DNA of 64,000 nucleotides. Source: Amoebidium appalachense. Its lineage: Eukaryota; Protista; Ichthyosporea. Positions 39,077 through 64,000 of this stretch are shown here, piece by piece. The stretch spans positions 7,435,312 to 7,499,311 of the forward strand of contig CAVNZM010000003.1 of NCBI GenBank assembly GCA_963693365.1, given 5' to 3'. The notes beneath the pieces were generated by a model that was not told the origin of the DNA, did no database searches, and saw only the letters and a program-made list of their open reading frames with translations. Position 1 is the first letter of the stretch, and every line of letters starts with the position of its first letter. A program made the translations under genes and the position numbers.

Positions 39077-39196
39077 GGGGGAATGAAGCAAGGTGGACTA
39101 ATCAGGAACAGGCACACATTCATGTGCTAGGGAGCACATGAATGTGTGCCTGTTCCTGATTAGTCCACCTTGCTTCATTCCCCCTTAGAAGCGTCT
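39065..39196. repeat. Perfect palindrome: 64-bp arms, 4-nt loop (AGGG)
   Basis: 39065-39128 is the exact reverse complement of 39133-39196. Confidence 0.97.
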
Positions 39197-40108
39197 ATGA
39201 GCTCAGCCTCCCCTCCCCCCCCCCCCCCCCCCCCCCCCCAATACCCCAATTACAATGTCTATGTCTACCTTTCCGAGTCGGTGTGACGTATTGTGCTGTG
39301 ACATCCATGTAGTGGGTTACGGCTGGTCGACGGCGGAAATATTGAGCGAACTGATTTGTTTTACTATGAATGGGATGTCCACTTTTGGGAAATCGCCACA
39401 CATGACATTAGATTTCTATGCATGTCACTGACAAATGCCGACATATATATTCGTTAACCCCAGCCAGGCCCACACATAGTGGCAAGCAATACTGTACCGT
39501 ACACAACATTAACGGCAACCATATTATTACCACCAGCCTTGAAATAATAGGCAAGCACACTACATGGTCCATGGTGAGCTCGAAGGGCTCGGTGTTTCTG
39601 GTGAACACATAAGCATAATCATGACCATTTCGCACTTGCAAACCATCGAATGTGAATGCATCAGCACAAACAATAAAACTCGTTCCAATTGGCCGTTATT
39701 TCAACTCTGTTGAATATAACAGGCAACCAATCATCAGCCTGTGACGTATTGGTGAACCTTCATGCCAGTTGATTTTTGCATTCAAAACGAAGCACTACTA
39801 ATTATCACACTGAAATTTAGAAATGAAGAAACCATGCCAGTGCCCGTTCACACTTCACTAATATACACCGTACATTTGCAACAGAAAGAACCAAGGCATT
39901 ATCGTTACTATACCCTCTACCTGTACGGTATGTCAACTCTGTCCACACTCTGCACTGTGCATTCACAACATCCAGATCACAACACATATAGACATTATAC
40001 GGTTGTCACGGGTGCCACGAACGTGGAGGGGAATACGAGCAACAAGCAACAAGTCACAAGCCATCCCCCCCCCTTCACCAAAGGATAAAAAGGGAAGGGG
40101 AGAGGAGG

Positions 40109-40195
<87 letters not shown>

Positions 40196-40343
40196 CGCTG
40201 GAGGGGAGGGGGAGGGGGGCGGCGGGGGGGGGGGGGGGGGGGGGGAGTAGGGATTAAAGGCTCGGCGAGGGAAGACAGGGTTGCCACCTTAATCAGTGTC
40301 GGAATCAAGCTAAGAGAGCAGCCAGGCTTGATTCCAAATAAGG

Positions 40344-47777
<7,434 letters not shown>

Positions 47778-48516
47778 GGCGCTTACCAGGAGGGGTGTCG
47801 AAAGAAATACGCTGTGCCAGACAGGAGGGACAAGCCTACAGTTCAGTATGACTTTATTAATAGACAGATCAGCGTGCTATGAAATTTTTCCTTACAGCTG
47901 GGGGAAGCGGGCGACGACTACATAGAAGCCCGCTACAATCGGGTGTATGTGTGCATGAACATGTGTGTGCAGCCTGCAGGCGTACGTGGGAAAGCTGTGA
48001 CAAGCGAGACTTGGCTGTGACGGGTCCGACTTTCGTGTGTGCCGCCTTTCTAAAACGGCGACCTATGATTGGATGGAATGTGGTACTAAAAGATGATTGG
48101 CTAAATCTGTACCAAACAGAATACGCATATTTTGATTTATAATTCTGTATATACTTGCAAAAGCATACACATTATTTCTAAGCGCTTATTATTCACATTT
48201 GAGACCCCACAATAACACAACTTTTCAAAATTAACGAATGCACTTTCCCGTCTAACCAGGCCTGTGTGCGGCTCTGACAGCTACAGGCTGACTCAGGCTC
48301 AGGTCTCGCACACACGTGCAAGAGTGTGTTTCGGACAGAAGGTTAAAACAACGACGGTTTGTTCTTCTCATGAAAACTCCTTAGGTATTATTTTTAAGTT
48401 GTAATAGGGACTGTGAGAGTAGCTTGCTACCTACCAGGCAGGGTCTTGCTCAGAGACTTGTTAGTTTTTGTGGGGTTAGGATCACTCTTTTCTTTAGGAC
48501 AGTGTCGAAGAGAAAA
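47778..48516. promoter_or_regulatory. Bidirectional promoter between the ChaN-like gene and BDP1
   Basis: Head-to-head ATGs ~740 bp apart; two gattgg boxes at ~48067 and ~48095. Confidence 0.55.
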
Positions 48517-62095
<13,579 letters not shown>

Positions 62096-63234
62096 TTGGA
62101 GTGGTACAAGAAGAGGAGTGGGAGGAGGGGACCAGGGGGGATGGGAGTCCCAGTTATACGTTAATGGAGAGACATGGGGATGAGGGGGTGTTTAGGAGCG
62201 CTGATCTTATGGCGTAGTTTTTTTTTGAGGTTTTAATGGTTGGTTTGGATTGGTGGAACAATCGTGTACAATAGTAATGAATGAATTTGTTAGTATATGT
62301 TTGGTATGCATGTTACGCGAGGCGAGGAGGAAGCAAACATTGTTTCCTGATAAAGTAGTCGCCAAAGTGGGTTTTAGGAATAATGTACATTAATTACTCG
62401 GTATATCGTCGAACAAAGTTTGTGTGCAATGGCTGTCTCCGCATTTCTTGCCTCCTTATGGGCTGTCAGATGCACGACACTCTAGATTCTTTATATGGAT
62501 TTGTCGCACTACGAAGATTCTGATTGTCACTAATCTGTACGTGAGCAATTTGGTTGGTGATCTATGTCCCTTCCCTTCTCTTTTTCCCGTTTGCGTGTTT
62601 TCTTCTTTTTTTGCCCCTACTTTCCTACCAATTTAGGAAAAGCAGTTACGTTATTGGTGCTATGTGTCAGTGTGAACAATGTCAGTGGTAACTTATAAAG
62701 ACTCCTGACTGTATGGACTTTATGTTATTTTTAGCTTCTTCTGGTGCATATGGCCATGGATGTATTGTGTTATGAAAAGATGGAAGTTCTAGAGCCTTGT
62801 GGAAGAGTCGATGTGTGTACACAGCAACTATTCCAAGCTGAAGTGACATCAAAAAAAAAAAAACGGTTGTGCGCACCTACGAATCATATGCTGGTCACCT
62901 ACTGTACATGCTCAGACTAACGGGTCTCAGCACTTGTGCACATGTCGTGCACTTGTGTGTGTGTGTGCATGTGTGTGTGTGTGTTTGGAAGAGGGGGGGG
63001 GGGGGGGGGAACCATCAAGGCGCTGAGGTTGTTTATTCAGTGGAGTAGAAAACTTCCAAATAGAATATCTGGATCCGCGGGAACATAAACAGCAATGTGT
63101 AGAGGCATATACGTTTTGCCCGTGGTTGTGGTTGCATCTGCAGAACTACTCTACTAGTATTGGGAAATTGGTCAAAGAAAACTACCAGATCTACTAACAG
63201 ACCTATGCATGCTTATTACATTATCGTCTCCCAG

Positions 63235-63402
63235 CTCGTTGCACGTCAGATCGACAGAATTTTGGTCCCCATAAGTTGGACCATACCATAAAAATCCAAT
63301 CTAACAAAGATATTTTGAAGCCATCCACAGAACCTTGTGTGCCGTCCCGCATGTTACCAACTCTGCACACATGTGCACCGTGTTGCAGAAACACGTGCAC
63401 CC

Positions 63403-63498
<96 letters not shown>

Positions 63499-63625
63499 AC
63501 CCACACCCATCCCCACCCACACACCCACACACTACATGCCAGCTAGATCCACGCTTGCGGCATTGTTTCCGGACGCGTCTTTCAAAATCATCTGACCTCC
63601 GGCTGCAGCCCACTCCGTTGTCACG
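63235..63625 (+). other. Possible exons of a further gene
   Basis: Short non-repetitive blocks flanking a (CA)n tract, with ccag| acceptors and a |gtgagc donor at 63626; no recognisable motif. Confidence 0.2.
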
Positions 63626-64000
63626 GTGAGCTGGGGGGGGGGTATGTTCGTCAGAATGGAGCCCTTGTAGTGATAATGGATTTCAGTTCTGATAGTGTTC
63701 AGACTGCGGTTTTCTTAACTGTATACCGCATTTTGTGGCTATAAATGTATGTTCCATTTGCCTGTGTTTATGCTAGCTTTCCTTGACTATAAACTCGCAA
63801 CTGTAAACTTCAGTTCCAAGTTTTTATGTTCATGCTGATATCTGTTACTTGAGCTCTCGCCTGCTTTGGAAATTCAGGATTCGTGAAGTTTGGGCATACA
63901 CGATCATCTCCAACTTGTGTATCCTTGTGTTGTGCATGTTACAATCATGGCTCAATAAACATTCTTCGGTGTGTGTGTGTGTGTGTGTGTGCATGTAAGT

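Overview
Eukaryotic genomic DNA, probably from a unicellular opisthokont/holozoan-type protist (inference from gene content and intron style; the species cannot be identified). Genes are intron-rich and the introns are packed with (GT)n/(CA)n, (GCGT)n, (GA)n and poly-G/poly-C tracts, which explain nearly all ORFs in the supplied track. By reading exons and GT-AG phases by hand I reconstruct seven genes: an arrestin-fold protein (+), eIF3 subunit M (-), an intronless METTL21-family methyltransferase (+), a ZupT/GufA-type ZIP transporter (+), an F-box protein (+), a ChaN/DUF399 haem-binding-like protein (-) and the TFIIIB subunit Bdp1 (+). The standout oddity is that two internal exons of the F-box gene lie on the opposite strand, inside a ~1.6 kb segment flanked by inverted repeats; the reading frame is restored at both junctions only if that segment is flipped. 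Also notable: a near-identical, hairpin-rich 450-bp tandem array in a Bdp1 intron, a perfect 64-bp-stem hairpin between convergent genes, and splice sites embedded directly in (GT)n and (CA)n microsatellites.
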